Shown piece after piece: positions 25,501 to 38,070 of a stretch of DNA of 64,000 nucleotides. The translations under genes were made by a program, and so were the position numbers. The notes beneath the pieces are model-generated. The model searched no databases, was not told the DNA's origin, and saw only the letters and a list, made by a program, of their open reading frames with translations. Origin of the DNA: Phoronis australis (Eukaryota; Animalia; Phoronida); NCBI GenBank assembly GCA_002633005.1, contig NMRA01000242.1:186001-250000 (forward strand), read 5' to 3'. How positions within the stretch are numbered: position 1 is the stretch's first letter; each line of letters opens with the position of its first letter.

Positions 25501-28500
25501 GTCATAGTCGTCTGGCTCCAATGTTGTCAAGCACGACTCTGATTGGTCCATGACGGCCTCCTGTGACCAATCAGCCTCCGGCTCTATCCAGTCGTTGGAC
25601 TTATCCGCGTCAGTGCCTGGCCAGTCAGAGGCCACAAACTCACCCCATGCTGGGGAATTCTGAGGTTTTGTGTCTACTGAACTATCATTGTCAGGAGTGT
25701 CGTAATTACAAATCATGTTTGAATCGAAGACACCCATAGTGGTAAATACATCATTGGCCCCACCTTTACACACTCCGTCACCATGTGTGTTGTTACAGCC
25801 TGGGGAAGACACTGAACTGGTCACCTTTTCAAAATCCACAGAGACATCTATTGTGCAAGGTTGGCTAAAAGTGGCCAAGGTGTTATCATTAGACATCAGA
25901 TCAGACGATGCCCCATGTTCAGTACACAAACTAGAATCATCAACATTTGGTCGTGGCTCCATCTCAAAAGCATATATTTTTCTCGCTTGATCATTGACAC
26001 TTTTGAGCTGGTGATGATCTTCCTGCAAACATAAGACAAGAAAGAAGTGAAGTATGGTGAAATCTCTTGATCAATCAACAAAACATTGAAGAACATCAAC
26101 AAGCTCCTTCAACATAGTGTAAAGGAAAATATGTTGGAGAACTGGTGTGCAGTAAAGTGGTCAGGTTGTCATGGTAATCTACTGCACAAAGGCAAGAATT
26201 TGAGCAGGTTTCCAGTCTGACCTCCACTTCGGTTTTCACGGTAGCAAGTTGCACAAGTGCAAGTAAGATATTGAGAAGGTTTTCTGTCAGGCCTCTTCTT
26301 ACATTGTAATGGTAAGACATTGCACAAAGGTCAATAAGACCTAATCGGTGAATTTCTTTTCTGTCACCTAGACTACTGTGGTAACATGATGCACAAATGT
26401 CAGAGGAATGTCACGAAATGGTTTTTGACTTTTTTTATAAATCTGGTATTAATTGGTGACGTATCATATCTTTTGTTTAAGGGAAGACATCAAAAAAGCT
26501 GTTATAGTTTTCTAAAATACCATGTAGTTTTAATTTTTACGGAAATCATAAAAGTACTATTTTTGATAGCTCCTCATGTACAAGGGGAACACTTTAGACA
26601 CTTCCAAACAGCGCTTTTGAGAGCAGTGAATGAAGCATAGCTTCTGAAAGTTTAACATGAATCTAATCAGCCATCTCTGAGATATGTTGTTCCAAAATCA
26701 GCTAAATTTGGCCATTTTTAAAGGGTCCAGCGTAACCTCAACTCACTAAAACATGAAAACTGTATATTGTCACACAGATGATGAGATAACTGCAGAATAT
26801 ATTTCTCTGTCGAAGCACACTCATTCCTAAGTGTTTGTTGTATCTATGAACAAACCTACCAAAATCTTAAAGATGAGATGTCTTGACACTTCCGCTACCA
26901 TGATATCTTTAATCTCCGTGTCCACAATTGACTGCAGAGCCTTCTTCATACTCAGTATGGTGTCTTGTTTGTGCAGAGTGACTAGGTAACGCATTGGTCT
27001 CTTCATATCACAGGGTATGAATATCACAGCTTGAGAATAAATAGAACCAATCATTGGCCAGCAAGATGCAGATAAAACAAACACTGAGAGACATCTACAG
27101 TACAAGACAGAAGTAATTGAACAAAATACCATTTTCCTCATCAAGACGACTTCATTCAGTCAACAGCCAAAACTACATGTAATAACTACTAGGGTGGCAA
27201 TATTCTAACAGAACAACTTAGCCACCTTACTGTTTGTTCCCCTTCATTCTCCGTCATGAGAGAAGACTACTCTGACGATGAATTTGGCTTCTTTCGCTCA
27301 GCCATCATGACGAGGAATTCCAGGATAGGAAAGGTAACAGAACTGAAATTACTGTAATAAACTTGTATACCAATGTAGGCATCTCTTTGTGTTTGTGTTT
27401 ACTTACCTAATAACAGATAAATGCAAAGGAAGAATTGCAATACACGAAACAATGTAAAATCAGAATGTCTACAGGACATGACCCCAAGTTGCACAGACGA
27501 AATACAAACAAAATTTAGAAGGCCTGTATCATTTTGTGAATTAGAAACCTCAGAAGTCTTGAGAAGCTGTGGAGTTGTAACCAGAAACTGGAGAAAATGT
27601 CGCCTGGTAGATAGTACGGTAACAGTTCTCCAGTTTGGGACACACAATCTCTTAAATTTGGGACACAAAACTTAAAATATTCTTGATTCTGTGGATTGGG
27701 ACATGGTAGATTTTAGTTGTTCACCAGTTCTTAAATTTCGGGTACATCGTTTTGTATCAAGTGTCTGAAAATAGATTTGGCAGTTCATAGTGTATAGTAA
27801 CACTGAGGTAAATAATTGCTAGCCATTGATGGAAATTCTTAAATTTGGGACGGCGAATATTGAAGATTTCTCAAATTTGGTGCAAGCTCTGACCTTGAGC
27901 AAATTAATTAAATTTTCACTGTCCAAAACTGAAGAATTTTCACCGTAAGTAGTATAAAGACTATTAAGGTTACAGAGACGCTTACATATCTGACGGTCCA
28001 TAGCGTGAGGGAGTGGCACAGACAAGTACATGAATGGCTCGTACGTCACAGAAACATGATGACACTCGCAGCAGACAACCTACAACAGATATGGAAGCTC
28101 CAGAAACAAAGTCAATCATGAGTTCAGTTCACAATAAGTTGTCTACTTGTTTATATATGTCTTTATAGTCAAGAGGGAATAACCCCCCTTTGGCTATTAA
28201 AAAACTTTTGATTTAGACCATTTTCCTTTATAAAATTGGTCTCAATTTGTTTGCTTACTCACATGAGGAATGATTTCTGTTTCAAGGAGGAGCTGACACA
28301 TTGGTAGTGCTCAAGTGAAACCATGCTCGTCACACAAAATGACGTGCTATCACAAGCCAACGTATTTCAGCATGATCTCCAGCACTATAGAACTGCCAAC
28401 TCTTCTCAAACCTATGTATCCAACCTGATCTGCAGCAATACTGAACTGTCAACTCTTCTCAAGCTGAGGAATCATTTCTAATCTGTCTAATCCGAGTAAG

Positions 28501-31500
28501 GAACAAGTTATTGTGATAAGTAGTCTACGTTAAAAGTTGGCTTATAGCTGCTTTAAATACACCTAAGAAATGTGTTGGTGTTGAAACTCACTTGGTTCTT
28601 GAATTGACCCTGGAAAGTGTCAACGACAACGCTACAGTTTCTTGATATGTATTGCTGCCAAGCTTTCTCCGCCTGTAGAACATCTTGGGCATCCAACAGT
28701 GCTTTATTTGCCCTAATGACTGCATCAGTTGGTGATGAGTTTGACGGTATAGTGTTGGTCTTAGCACCGTCACCACTCCCCATGGCAACCTGATCAGTAA
28801 TATGATCACAGCCCTGGACATTGTCCCTCAGAATGTTCTTTGACACGTTCACCTTGCGCTTGGCTTCCTGCTTAATATTTTTCGGGGTGTCGTCCATCTT
28901 CTTCCTTTTGATGTTGTTGATACTACAGGTGGCATCATCATCAACCTCCATGGAGTTGAACTTCACCTTGAGGCTCTCTCCGCCGAACTTCTCTCGGTTG
29001 TTGGCCATGTTTGACAGAAGGTTCGTGCTCTTCACATCCTTGGCTGGTGATGGCTTGGCCACATAGGCAGCCATCTCGTTCAAACTACTGAAAGAATCAT
29101 ATTGTGAGTTACTAGCAGTAAAATCATGCTTTGTTGGAAACTTGTCGCTGTCATATGATGGAGATTCCTCAATGTCGGCAACAACCACATTGACGTTTTT
29201 AGTTTTTGTGTCCTTCATGTATAGATCTTCTATGCTTGGCAGGTGACCCTGGTTGCCTGAGTCTTCTTCATGGGGAATGTTATCATTGGTCCGATCATGA
29301 ATAGCACCAGCAGTAGATATGGTTATAGACTCTGTCTTATTGCTTACTGTTGGTTGGGTGATGTCTGTAGCACAGTCAGCGGTGGCCTCTATAGGTTTGA
29401 ATGCATTCTCTCTCTCGCCCTCGGATATCACACATTCACAAGGAATTGTCTGCATTCGCAGCACGTTGTTCTGTAAGGCAGATTCAGAACTCTGAAGTGA
29501 CGATGTCGTTGAGTGGTCACTTAACTCTGACATGGGGGTCATGTTTTCCTCTGCCCTGGACAAGGCAAGGTCTTGAGACAGCTCGCACATGGCATCGCTT
29601 TTAGCGCTATGAGATGTATTCCAACACAAGTTATTGGCCTCTGATTGGTCATAGACACAACCAATAGCAGCCGGCGTGGCCTGGACCTCCTTTTGGTTAT
29701 TCAATGGCTCGTCTTTGCATTTTTCCCTTGGCTGGTGTTGACAAGAGGCAGCCCTTGTAGTTGGATGAGGGCTGTCACGAGACTGTCTTGCCTCGTTCAG
29801 TTGTTCATGAAGAGCGTCCAGCATCAGGGCCAGGAACTCCTGGCAGTCATGCTGAAAAATAATGAAACAGGCACATTGATTAAATCTCAATAGTCCTTAC
29901 CTGCTCATAGTCAGTGGCGGATGTAGGAAACCATAAGGGGGGGCCAACATGTTGCATCGGGGAATTAGGCAAAGCGCGATTGTATGTACACAGGTGGCCC
30001 GAAAGTTGCGGGGGCTGGGGATGTGGACCTGCTGTTCACAAAATCTATTGGTGGTGGACAAAAAAAAAAACGGCAGCATGATACCGCCCAGATCTGAGGT
30101 CGCTGCTGGTCCTAGAGGGAGGGAGCGGGACCCTTGCCCCCCCCTAAATCCGCCTATGAGAGTACAACAGTAACGCAAAGTGCAGAAGTGAGCTCACAAC
30201 TGCTCCCCAACACATCTTGGCCAGCATGATCGCCTGATGCTAGCACATTCAAGCCATACATCTCCCTGTCAAAGTCCATAAGAATTTGGCAATTCATTTT
30301 AATTACAATAATCAATGGACAAGCAACTAAAATGGCAAACAGGCGGTGTTATGGTGATCCAACCTATCATAATCAAATGGTACTCCAGCAATGAATCCTT
30401 GTGTCAAGTTTCATCAAAATCAATTGAGCAGTTTCGACAATAATCAATGGACAAGTATTATCTTGTCAAAAACTATCAGGGCAAATTGTTAAAATGTGGC
30501 AAAAACTGCACCACAAATGGCATGCATCAAATGGTGTTTATAAATATCACAAATGATCACTAGGTGGCACAGTATATGTCAAAAAAAAAACAATAATGGG
30601 AAGGCCTCATTGCCTCCTTAACAGAAACTTATTGCCACATTTCATGAAAACGTGTCCAAGAACTTTCAGATAAATGTGGCCAACAGGGGTTTCTACAGAA
30701 GTCAAATCTGTCCAAAAATCAACTGATGTTCAAGTATACCCATCACATATCTTTTTTGCAAATTCCATCAACATCATTTTGACAGTAACTGATGGCCAAG
30801 TAGAAAACTATGATGGTCAAGTAATATCTTGTAGAAAACTATGATGGTCAAGTAATATCTTGTAGAAAACTATGATGGTCAAGTAATATCTTGTAGAAAA
30901 CTATGATGGTCAAGTAATATCTTGTAGAAAACTATGATGGTCAAGTAATATCTTGTAGAAAACTATGATGGCCAATAAGGGGTGGCTGGGAAGTTGAATC
31001 TGTCCGATAATCAACTGGTGGCGATGCATTCCAGCAAAAAACATTTTGTGACAATTTAACGAAAATGACAATGAGTAATGGACAAGTAATATCTGCCAAA
31101 ACTAAAATGGCCAAAAGGAATGCTGGTGTAGAGAAATCTGTGCAAAAATCAACTAGTGCCGGCATATTCCTACCATATAACTTTTGGTCACGTTTCGCCC
31201 TAACCTGTGAAGCTGTTTTGACAATAACTGACTAACTTGATATTTTGTGAAAACTAAAATGACCGACAGAAGGTGCTGCTGTTGTTGAATCTGTCCCACA
31301 GTCAACTGGTGCCAGTCAAGTCATTCAATAATCGACGGAAAAAGAAAACCTAGTAAAAACTAAAATGGCAAAAATGGCTGTGCTATGGTTGTTGACTCTA
31401 GAAAACGGGATTGGTGGTGGAGAGTTCCCACCAAATACCTCTGCGTCAAGTTGTGGCATAATTCCTCAAGTCGATTAGTCAAAAAATGAGACAAGTAATT

Positions 31501-34381
31501 TCTTGCTGAATACTAAAACGGCCCCAGCGATGCCTCGATAACCAAATCCATCTATTCAACTTCTCATTTCTAAAGTAACAATCACAAAAGAAAAACTAAC
31601 CTGGCGAAAATCTTGAAACTGTGAAAAGTAGGCACCAAGGGTTTCCTTGAACTTGGATGGCCATATAACTGAGTACTTCCCACACCACACTTTCTGCAGG
31701 ATGGTATAGAACCTGCTGGTCAGTGTCACCTCACCCTTCACCTCGGGGGGCAAGTTCTCAAGGAAGTGCTTGACCAGTCGTGTGTTACATAGCAGGCACT
31801 GCAGGCCAGCATTCATAAAGCAGGTGTTGCCAAGGTTACGGAAACCGCAGACACCAGCAACAGCACTGGAATCTGAGAAACAACAAGGCAACACTATGAG
31901 GACAAGTGTGACAAATGTCTAAGTTTAAAGTGACAATAAACCCGTAAAAAAGCAAACTTTTGGCTTATATCTAAAAACTTGTTCCTTACTCAGACAAAGA
32001 AGTGTTCTCTGGGCTTGAAAAGACTTGACAGTTCATTATTCCTTAGGATCACGCTCCACACGTAGAACGACATGAGAAGTCAGCTTACAGTGCTTGATCA
32101 CAAGCAACAACTTTTTAGTTCTTTAGTTCTGAAACCACCTCTAATTTGACTAAGGAACAATTTGAGACAAGTTTTATAATGTTAAGTGGTCTAAATCAAA
32201 AGTTGGTTTTTGAGACGAAAGCTGGGTTAATAACCACTTAAATATAACATGTCATGAAGTAAGTGAAGGATAGGGATAATATATCGTGAAGTATACATGG
32301 CAATAACAATCAACATACTATGAAGTACGTGTAAGCAAAACATACCATACATGTATGACATACAGTAAAGTACGTCTAAGTATAACATACTGTGAAGTAT
32401 GTGCACATACAACATACTGTGAACTATGTGAATGTATGAAATACCATGGATATGGTCTGAACTTCATTACACTAAGATTCTGTGATATCGCATGTCACTA
32501 CAAATATCACCTTACTAACGCCCACTGTCTATGATTGACTTAACAACTAGACACAAAGCCACAGTAACTCTGCCAATACAAAAAGAGCAACACGATAGTG
32601 AATGTTTCACAATGACTCAGCTGTGATACTTTGAGTGCAATACTACTAACTACTGCCCTAATTTACCTCAGGCCTCAGGGACCTGACAAAAGGCTGATTA
32701 CAGTCACTAGAATCAAGTAATTCAGATGATTTAGCAGCCAGGGGCCAGTTGAAGAATCAGGTGACATTAATACCTGTAACGTCTTTGTAAGATGGAGTGT
32801 CCAAGTAAGGTGGCGGACCATACACTGTGCCCTCGTTAACAGGGCTGGTGCGGTGCACTGGAAATAAACAAAAGAACTAACTGAAGAATAAGTTTGACCC
32901 CGTGTGCGAACATTTGTAGTCACCTTGATATTCATGCTTAATACAGGTAGACTCCAGGAACGCAAGGACATACGCTAGGACCTACGCTAGGACCTACGCT
33001 AGGACCTAACTAAAATCTAGCCAAAATCACATGTTCTCATTTGAAATACACGACAATATCTCATGTAATCTCTCAAAGTCTTGCTTTTTAGCGAGGTCCT
33101 TGCGTTACGGTACTCTACCCAGTTATAGGAGCATGTGACATCATTTATTGATCTGACTTTTTACACAATTCCCTTGTCTATTGATAGAACAATGTAACTA
33201 GTAATATTGCAATGAAGCTAATTACTGTGACAATTGTCAATAATAAAACAAGTTTCAATGCATGTGCCAGAAAGCCATTAAAAACTACTAAACAGGTAAG
33301 TTTACACTAATAATTTCCAAGAAATATAGAAAATTGACATATTTCATACATGCATGAGTCTAGAAAGAAATTCTGCACAATTTGATATCAAAGGAGTTTT
33401 CGTCCTACACTGAAAGGACGCTGATTTAAGAAAAATCAATTGTCACAAAACGGAAGCCAAAAAATAGATGGCCTAAGAAGTGATCAACTGTTTCAAAAAG
33501 ATGACTTTAGTTATGAATGGTAGAAGTATACTTCATTCCCAATTACGAATTAAAATGGAAAACAAAATCAACTCTCTAAAACTAGTCTTGAAGTTTCCCT
33601 TGCCATGACAGCAATAGAATTTCTTCCATTACAGGAACTAAAGAGTCACTTGACATAGACTTGAAGCATTGAAATTTATGATGAATTCGCACACACCATC
33701 AAAACTGCATGCTTTTTGAAACTCATTGTACTCGCAGATGACCTGGACGATATTAATAGAGATGGAAATCATATGCGTTTGTGTGGATAGCATTGAAATG
33801 TCATCATTTTGTTTCTTTATGTATCTTCCTTCAATAAAGTTGAGGTAAACAGGAAATGCCACATAATATAGAGAACAGCTTAACACCATTTTCAGTGTAT
33901 CACACTGGTACATAAATTGTCTGCGCATTTCAGATTCATGCTCAGCTATATCAAGGTAATCCACTGAAAGGTACCTGCAACAGTCCTCTTAACATTTAAA
34001 ATTCATTGTGGACTAAAATGTCTGTATGATTAGCAAAAGGGCCCGAGTTGGAGTCCCGGTTGGGGGCAGAGATATTTTCAGACTTATATTCATCAGGTCA
34101 TGTGATATGGCCAACAGAGGGCATGCTGACCAGAATTAAAATGTTTGCCAATTCAATAGCTGTTCTAAATAACACTTTAAATAGTGCTTACAGATGCTTA
34201 AAAGTGCCTCTAAACATTATTCTCCTTCAGCCCACTCACCGCTAAGTTCCATGTTGTTCTGGAATGACGTCATGTCACCTCTGGCTGCTGCTGCCACTTC
34301 TGCATCAGCGTCAAACAGATCAGTGCTGCCCCCTGTTTTAAGAGTGGGTGGTTCACTTGAAGGTCTAGGACTGGAGCTCAT
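16523..34381 (-). CDS. Ubiquitin-specific protease (peptidase C19, USP32/USP4-11-15-like) with a split catalytic domain and an inserted RING-like Zn finger; multi-exon
   Basis: Phase-compatible GT-AG exons: 34240-34381 (putative ATG), 33887-33963, 33697-33742, 32774-32857, 31601-31872 (Cys box GFRNLGNTCFMNAGLQCL), 28592-29851 (Q|HDCQEFL..LHEQLN, long insert, VVDTFQGQFKNQ), 27986-28079 (CCECHHVSVTYEPFMYLSVPLP), 26860-27029, 25267-26022, 24710-24751, 24075-24151, 21775-21949, 19881-20110 (CSRC..CTGC; PLSLFDCLQAF), 18861-18977 (WFCPNC..LVIYLKR), 18351-18496 (YDLQAAVCHFG), 17439-17582 (His box SGHYTAY..WYYYND..AYILFYQR), 16523-16719 (stop). The 5' exons and start codon are less certain (N join at 34677). 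Confidence 0.93.
18058..18262. repeat. Long fold-back inverted repeat (arms of about 90 bp), Penelope-like-element style, in a USP intron
   Basis: TCATTCAACGTTTCATCTATTCAT..AATAAGACAGCAAGTGTCGAAAACCAGTCAAGTCACATCCATGTA is mirrored by TACATGGATGTGACTTGACTGGTTTTCGACACTTGCTGTCTTATT..ATGAATAGATGAAACGTTGAATGA. Confidence 0.9.
19375..19455. repeat. Dispersed short repeat; other copies at about 32146-32226 (direct) and 28200-28262 (inverted)
   Basis: GACTAAGGAACAATTTGAGA..AAGTGGTCTAAATCAA is shared. Confidence 0.75.
21058..21518. mobile_element. MITE with TIRs of about 40 bp
   Basis: TAAGTCAAGTATCGAAAAAACTATGCTCTGTCAACCATTAA versus TTAATGGTTGACAAAGCATAGTTTTTCGATATTTGACTTA (near-perfect inverted). 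Superfamily unclear. Confidence 0.8.
22125..22545. repeat. Dispersed repeat family; related fragments at about 26470-26740 and 47560-47640 (inverted) and 62300-62660
   Basis: Shared GTTATGTAGA.CC..AAAA..CCAAATTTGG..CATATCTCAGA-like blocks. Confidence 0.55.
22545..22872. repeat. Two adjacent minisatellites (45 bp x3; 31 bp x5)
   Basis: TCTATACTTTCAGAAAATATATGCCTTCACTAAATAGAGTTAAAA, then GTCCTACATAACCTTAAATGAGCCAGTATTT. Confidence 0.93.
24542..24687. mobile_element. hAT-type MITE, 146 bp, 8-bp TSD
   Basis: Perfect 14-bp TIR CAGTGCTGTAGTGG...CCACTACAGCACTG flanked by ATTACTAA on both sides. It lies about 22 nt from the donor of the 42-nt USP exon. Confidence 0.92.
24901..25066. repeat. 40-bp minisatellite x4
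   Basis: ATGTTCATTATCTGATGGCATGTCAATGCTTGAGTATYAC unit. Confidence 0.92.
29912..30158. mobile_element. GC-rich MITE (CAGTGGCGGAT...ATCCGCCTATG type)
   Basis: Imperfect TIR CAGTGGCGGATGTAGG / CCTAAATCCGCCTATG with G and C runs. No clean TSD. Confidence 0.65.
30280..31545. repeat. Degenerate internally repetitive element (possibly Helentron/HINE-like) including a 31-bp minisatellite at 30802-30972
   Basis: Recurrent AAAACTAAAATGGC, GACAAGTAAT and CAAGTTTCATCAAAATC motifs. AGAAAACTATGATGGTCAAGTAATATCTTGT x5.5. Confidence 0.6.
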
Positions 34382-34735
34382 TGTGCGCTCTAGATAATAA
34401 GTAACAAGTTCACAAGAGATAAAAAGATAACCCAGAGAATGAGTAACAAATTAATTGCAGTCCATTTGACATGGTCACCACAGACAGATCTCAGCATTGC
34501 ATATCCTGTCATTTGACAAAATGACCTGGAATAAAATGAAACGCTTACCGTATTGTCAGGGGCATGTGTTTCATTTGCAAAATACTGTACTTGCCTAGAA
34601 ATTCAAACAGAAAAAACAAAAAACAGCAGGTTTGAGTCTAGCTTCAAGCAACGATCTTTTTGATACTCTTTCATGGNTGTAGCCTCCATACCTGGCATAC
34701 TTTCCAAAAGCACGACGATTTATAAAGAACACATA

Positions 34736-36206
34736 CTGTTTTCGCCCTAATAAGCGCCCAGGGCGCTTAGAAAAGTTCGCTTCAGGAAGGGGGGTACTTA
34801 TAGCCCAAAGTGGTTGAAACCCGGTCTCTGAAACAGGTGAAATCGTAAGCTACAATTCATTAAATTTACGCTCTGTGACGCATCTGTAACCTACGACAGA
34901 CGTTCTACAAAATTGCAGTGCATTGATATCAAACTTTGTTGTTAAATTACAAGCATTTTTCAGAAAATCCCAGTACGAAAACTCGCCGACTGACTCATCA
35001 ATGCCTCGCAATCGCCAATAGGTCAACTTGAATCCTTAATGAGTAAAAATATAGTTTCGACTCAACAAATTACCTGAAGTCCTTAAGTTTTCAAAATAGC
35101 GTCCCTAAGATTTTTAAGTTCCTGTGGAGTCGGGATTAACTGCATATTAAGTCCAAATCTGTTCTAGATCGTAGCCCGCAACACGAGAAAAATCTCTGGA
35201 CGAACACACAGGTTGTTGTCACGTGACGTTTATTTTGAAGTTTGTCTGCGTATTGTGTGAGTGATCGAGTGCGTGTATGTCAGCAGAGTTCATTTGCCAG
35301 AGTAAACGCGACATAACGTAGATCTAGGTGTGCAACTAAAGAAATTAACACAAGCAGTAAAGCAGAACGTCTTTCATTTAGCACTTGCTGATCTCATCTG
35401 CTAAAAAACGTTCGAGAATTGTCTCGGTAAAGCCGATATTGAGTGTCTGGATGCGTGACAATCTAAGTTATTTTTCGGGAGATTCAGGGGGTATTAGGAT
35501 ACGGAAGTATTCACTATCAGTGGGTCATTTTGACTTTAAAAACACCAATTACGATTAATTTAATAATTCCTCCTAAAAATAACTCAAATGTTACGGTATT
35601 AAAAACTTTCGGAAATAAGTGCCAGTATTTATTCTTTGCCAATGCTATGTTACCTGTTTCATGAATAGATAATTCCTGAAGACTATCTTCGATGACAGGT
35701 ACTTGCATGTAGCGCACGCTTTTTGGTCACGTGGTTTTAACAAAGGTCAAGTTTTTATTAGTCTTCGATTCACTGTTTTCACGTATACAAAGAAATTTGG
35801 ATTCCTGTTGAGGGAGAAGATCTGTGCAGGAAAGATACAATACAATCCCTTTGACAAGTACGCTGCGTCTGTTCAAAAAAGCCAGACCATAATAGGACAC
35901 GTCCCTCACAAGATCAATAAAACTTTTGCGTTCTTTTTGAAGCATGGTGGAAGTTTGAAGTGTATTTTCACGGCTAAATACCAACACAACGGCGAAGCTC
36001 ATGGTCTACAAATTCCGCACACAATGACTTTTTCAGGACTGTCGGATCTTATTGTTAAATTGAAGACGTTACTGTTGGATTTTAGAACTGTAGGTAAGGC
36101 ATTTTTCGCATGTACATGGTATTCATGGATTGGGTGCTTATTTTAGCAGTCTGAAAACGCGTGGGGGTGCTTAAAGGGGCGTGGGTGATTATTAGGGCGA
36201 ATACGG
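34736..36206. mobile_element. Non-autonomous TIR DNA transposon with TA target-site duplication (Tc1/mariner/pogo-like termini) carrying a HIRAN-like cargo
   Basis: Left end ta|CTGTTTTCGCCCTAATAAGCGCCC versus reverse complement of the right end ta|CCGTATTCGCCCTAATAATCACCC. Subterminal GGGTRCTTA repeats at both ends. No transposase ORF seen. Confidence 0.8.
35750..36090 (+). pseudogene. Decayed HIRAN-domain-like ORF inside the TIR element
   Basis: One frame reads SFY*SSIHCFHVYKEIWIPVEGEDLC. A frameshift then leads into ORF 35703-36146: YNPFDKYAASVQKSQTIIGHVPHKINKTFAFFLKHGGSLKC..GLQIP..FSG..KL..LL. This fits the pattern I recall for HIRAN-like domains (G.HvYk..W...GE.L....N..D.yAv.v...vGH.P...FL..GG...GLE.P). 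Confidence 0.7.
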
Positions 36207-37571
36207 TAACCTTAGATCAAGCAATCTTGCAAACAAAATTTGTTACAAGATGGAGTGTCATAGGCTGCTTCACTTCAAGAAGACCAAAAACCAACAAAGG
36301 CACTGTCACTTGAAACAGGCAGGGACTACTGACAAAGACTCACTCAATGTCTTTACGTTAACAACCTTAGTAACTTTACATATATCTGCTTGCAGTTTAA
36401 ACTATAGTAATACTTCCAACTAAGTCCACTTGGACATCAGTGGATTCAATGAAGTGGTTACTCAGTCTTTGATACTGAACATAATTATGGAATTACTGCA
36501 TAACATGGCATCTGGGAGATCAATGAACTTGCATAAATTCTGGAAAAATCAGTCATTAATTACAAGATCAATAAGTGTTAAAAATGTCTTCTTAGAAAGA
36601 ATTATTACAAGAGAAACACGGAGAGTTGATAGGCACCTACTCTTGTATCTGCACCTCTGTCTGCCATCTGGTGTTGGGTAAAAGAACTGAACTGTTATCA
36701 ACTGGAACTACTCGATCTCAATTGATACAAAATACGTTGTTTTATGGCATTCTCATTTGACAATAATTTTAAAGCAAGAGTGCCACATAAAAAGTTTTAA
36801 GTTTATTACTGATTTTACCTTCTATTACATGCATAAAACTGTACAATCCCCTCACTCTAAAGCTTCAAGTTCAAGACCAGCCAGGGTAATGAACTTGCTA
36901 GCCAATACTCAGCTCTTAAACAGATAACCTCCAGCGACCAAAACGCCCATTTAACACCAGAAATACAAGTATTTTTGAATAAAATATTGTTTTTGTTTCT
37001 TACATACCACAGAAAGTAATTAATTGCGATGTAAATTACACTGCCCATAATTCGTAGCCCCTTCGACAGCCCCTGAGATATTCTCAACCAATCAGCGTCA
37101 ATACATACGACATTATTGTGTCAACAAAATTTCCCCAAAACCTCATTGCACAACAGATGCTCTAGGCTAATATGCCGCATTGCATGGTGTATGGGTGCAA
37201 CAACATAAGCAGCTATACATTTGCACAACTTCCTCCATCATGTGCCGACCATGGAATAGATTCATATCCATAAAAAGGAAGGACTGGCAACAAAATTCTA
37301 AGAGCAGCAAGATCTGTTCCAGCCATGGTGCAAAGCTGTATACTAAATATACAGCTAAGTGCTGATGTGGATAAAAAAATGACCAAATAAAATCTGACAC
37401 AAAATTAGTGTCATTAAAAAGTACACTCTTCCTTGAGTCAACTAAAAAATTCACCAGTGTTGGAAAAACTGGAGTTTTGCCATTATTCTGCTTCTAAAAT
37501 TGTGGTGCACTCTTTTGCGTCAGCTTTCAGCGACATGAAACACTGTGTCATCTATTGGCCAGTTTCTTCTT

Positions 37572-38070
37572 CAGGGCTTGGAATGACCAATGACAAAAAA
37601 CGCGGAAACTTTTATGGCCCCAAAACATGCGCGCTACCTAGCCTTGAAATAGTCGATGTGAACCTTTCGCCGACAAAATTCGGGACTAAAAAAAAATCAA
37701 AATTAAGGTTACCACCATCAGTGGCATGCGTCTGCGTCTTTTTAGCTCGTCCGTCCACTCCCACCCCCACACATTTTTGGCTGCAGAGCCGTATTATTTG
37801 TCTCCGCGGTTTACAATCATGCGAGACGCCATTGAAAATCCCACCACGCTATCCCAGATGCCCCGGCAATGTTACGTTTCTCCGAAACATAAAGAGCAGC
37901 TTCCGCTTTTCGAGGTGAACGTCGTCGGCAACGGCGCGGTAAGAAAGGAATTTGCCGCGGAAATTTTATATCAAATCCGATTTTTTTTACGCGGAAATGT
38001 AATAAAATGCGCGGATAGAACATTTGAAAAAAGCGGAAATCCGCGTTTCCACGGAAAATTCCAAGCCTTG
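37572..38070. mobile_element. MITE, CAGGGCTTGGAAT family, 6-bp TSD (CTTCTT)
   Basis: TIR CAGGGCTTGGAAT...ATTCCAAGCCTTG, flanked by cttctt on both sides. Internal CGCGGAAA repeats. Close homolog at 46176. Confidence 0.9.

Noticed and set aside
34549-34594. Additional USP coding exon
   Set aside because: The splice sites are good, but the frame needed to join the next exon contains TGA. More likely 5' UTR or cryptic; not included in the CDS.
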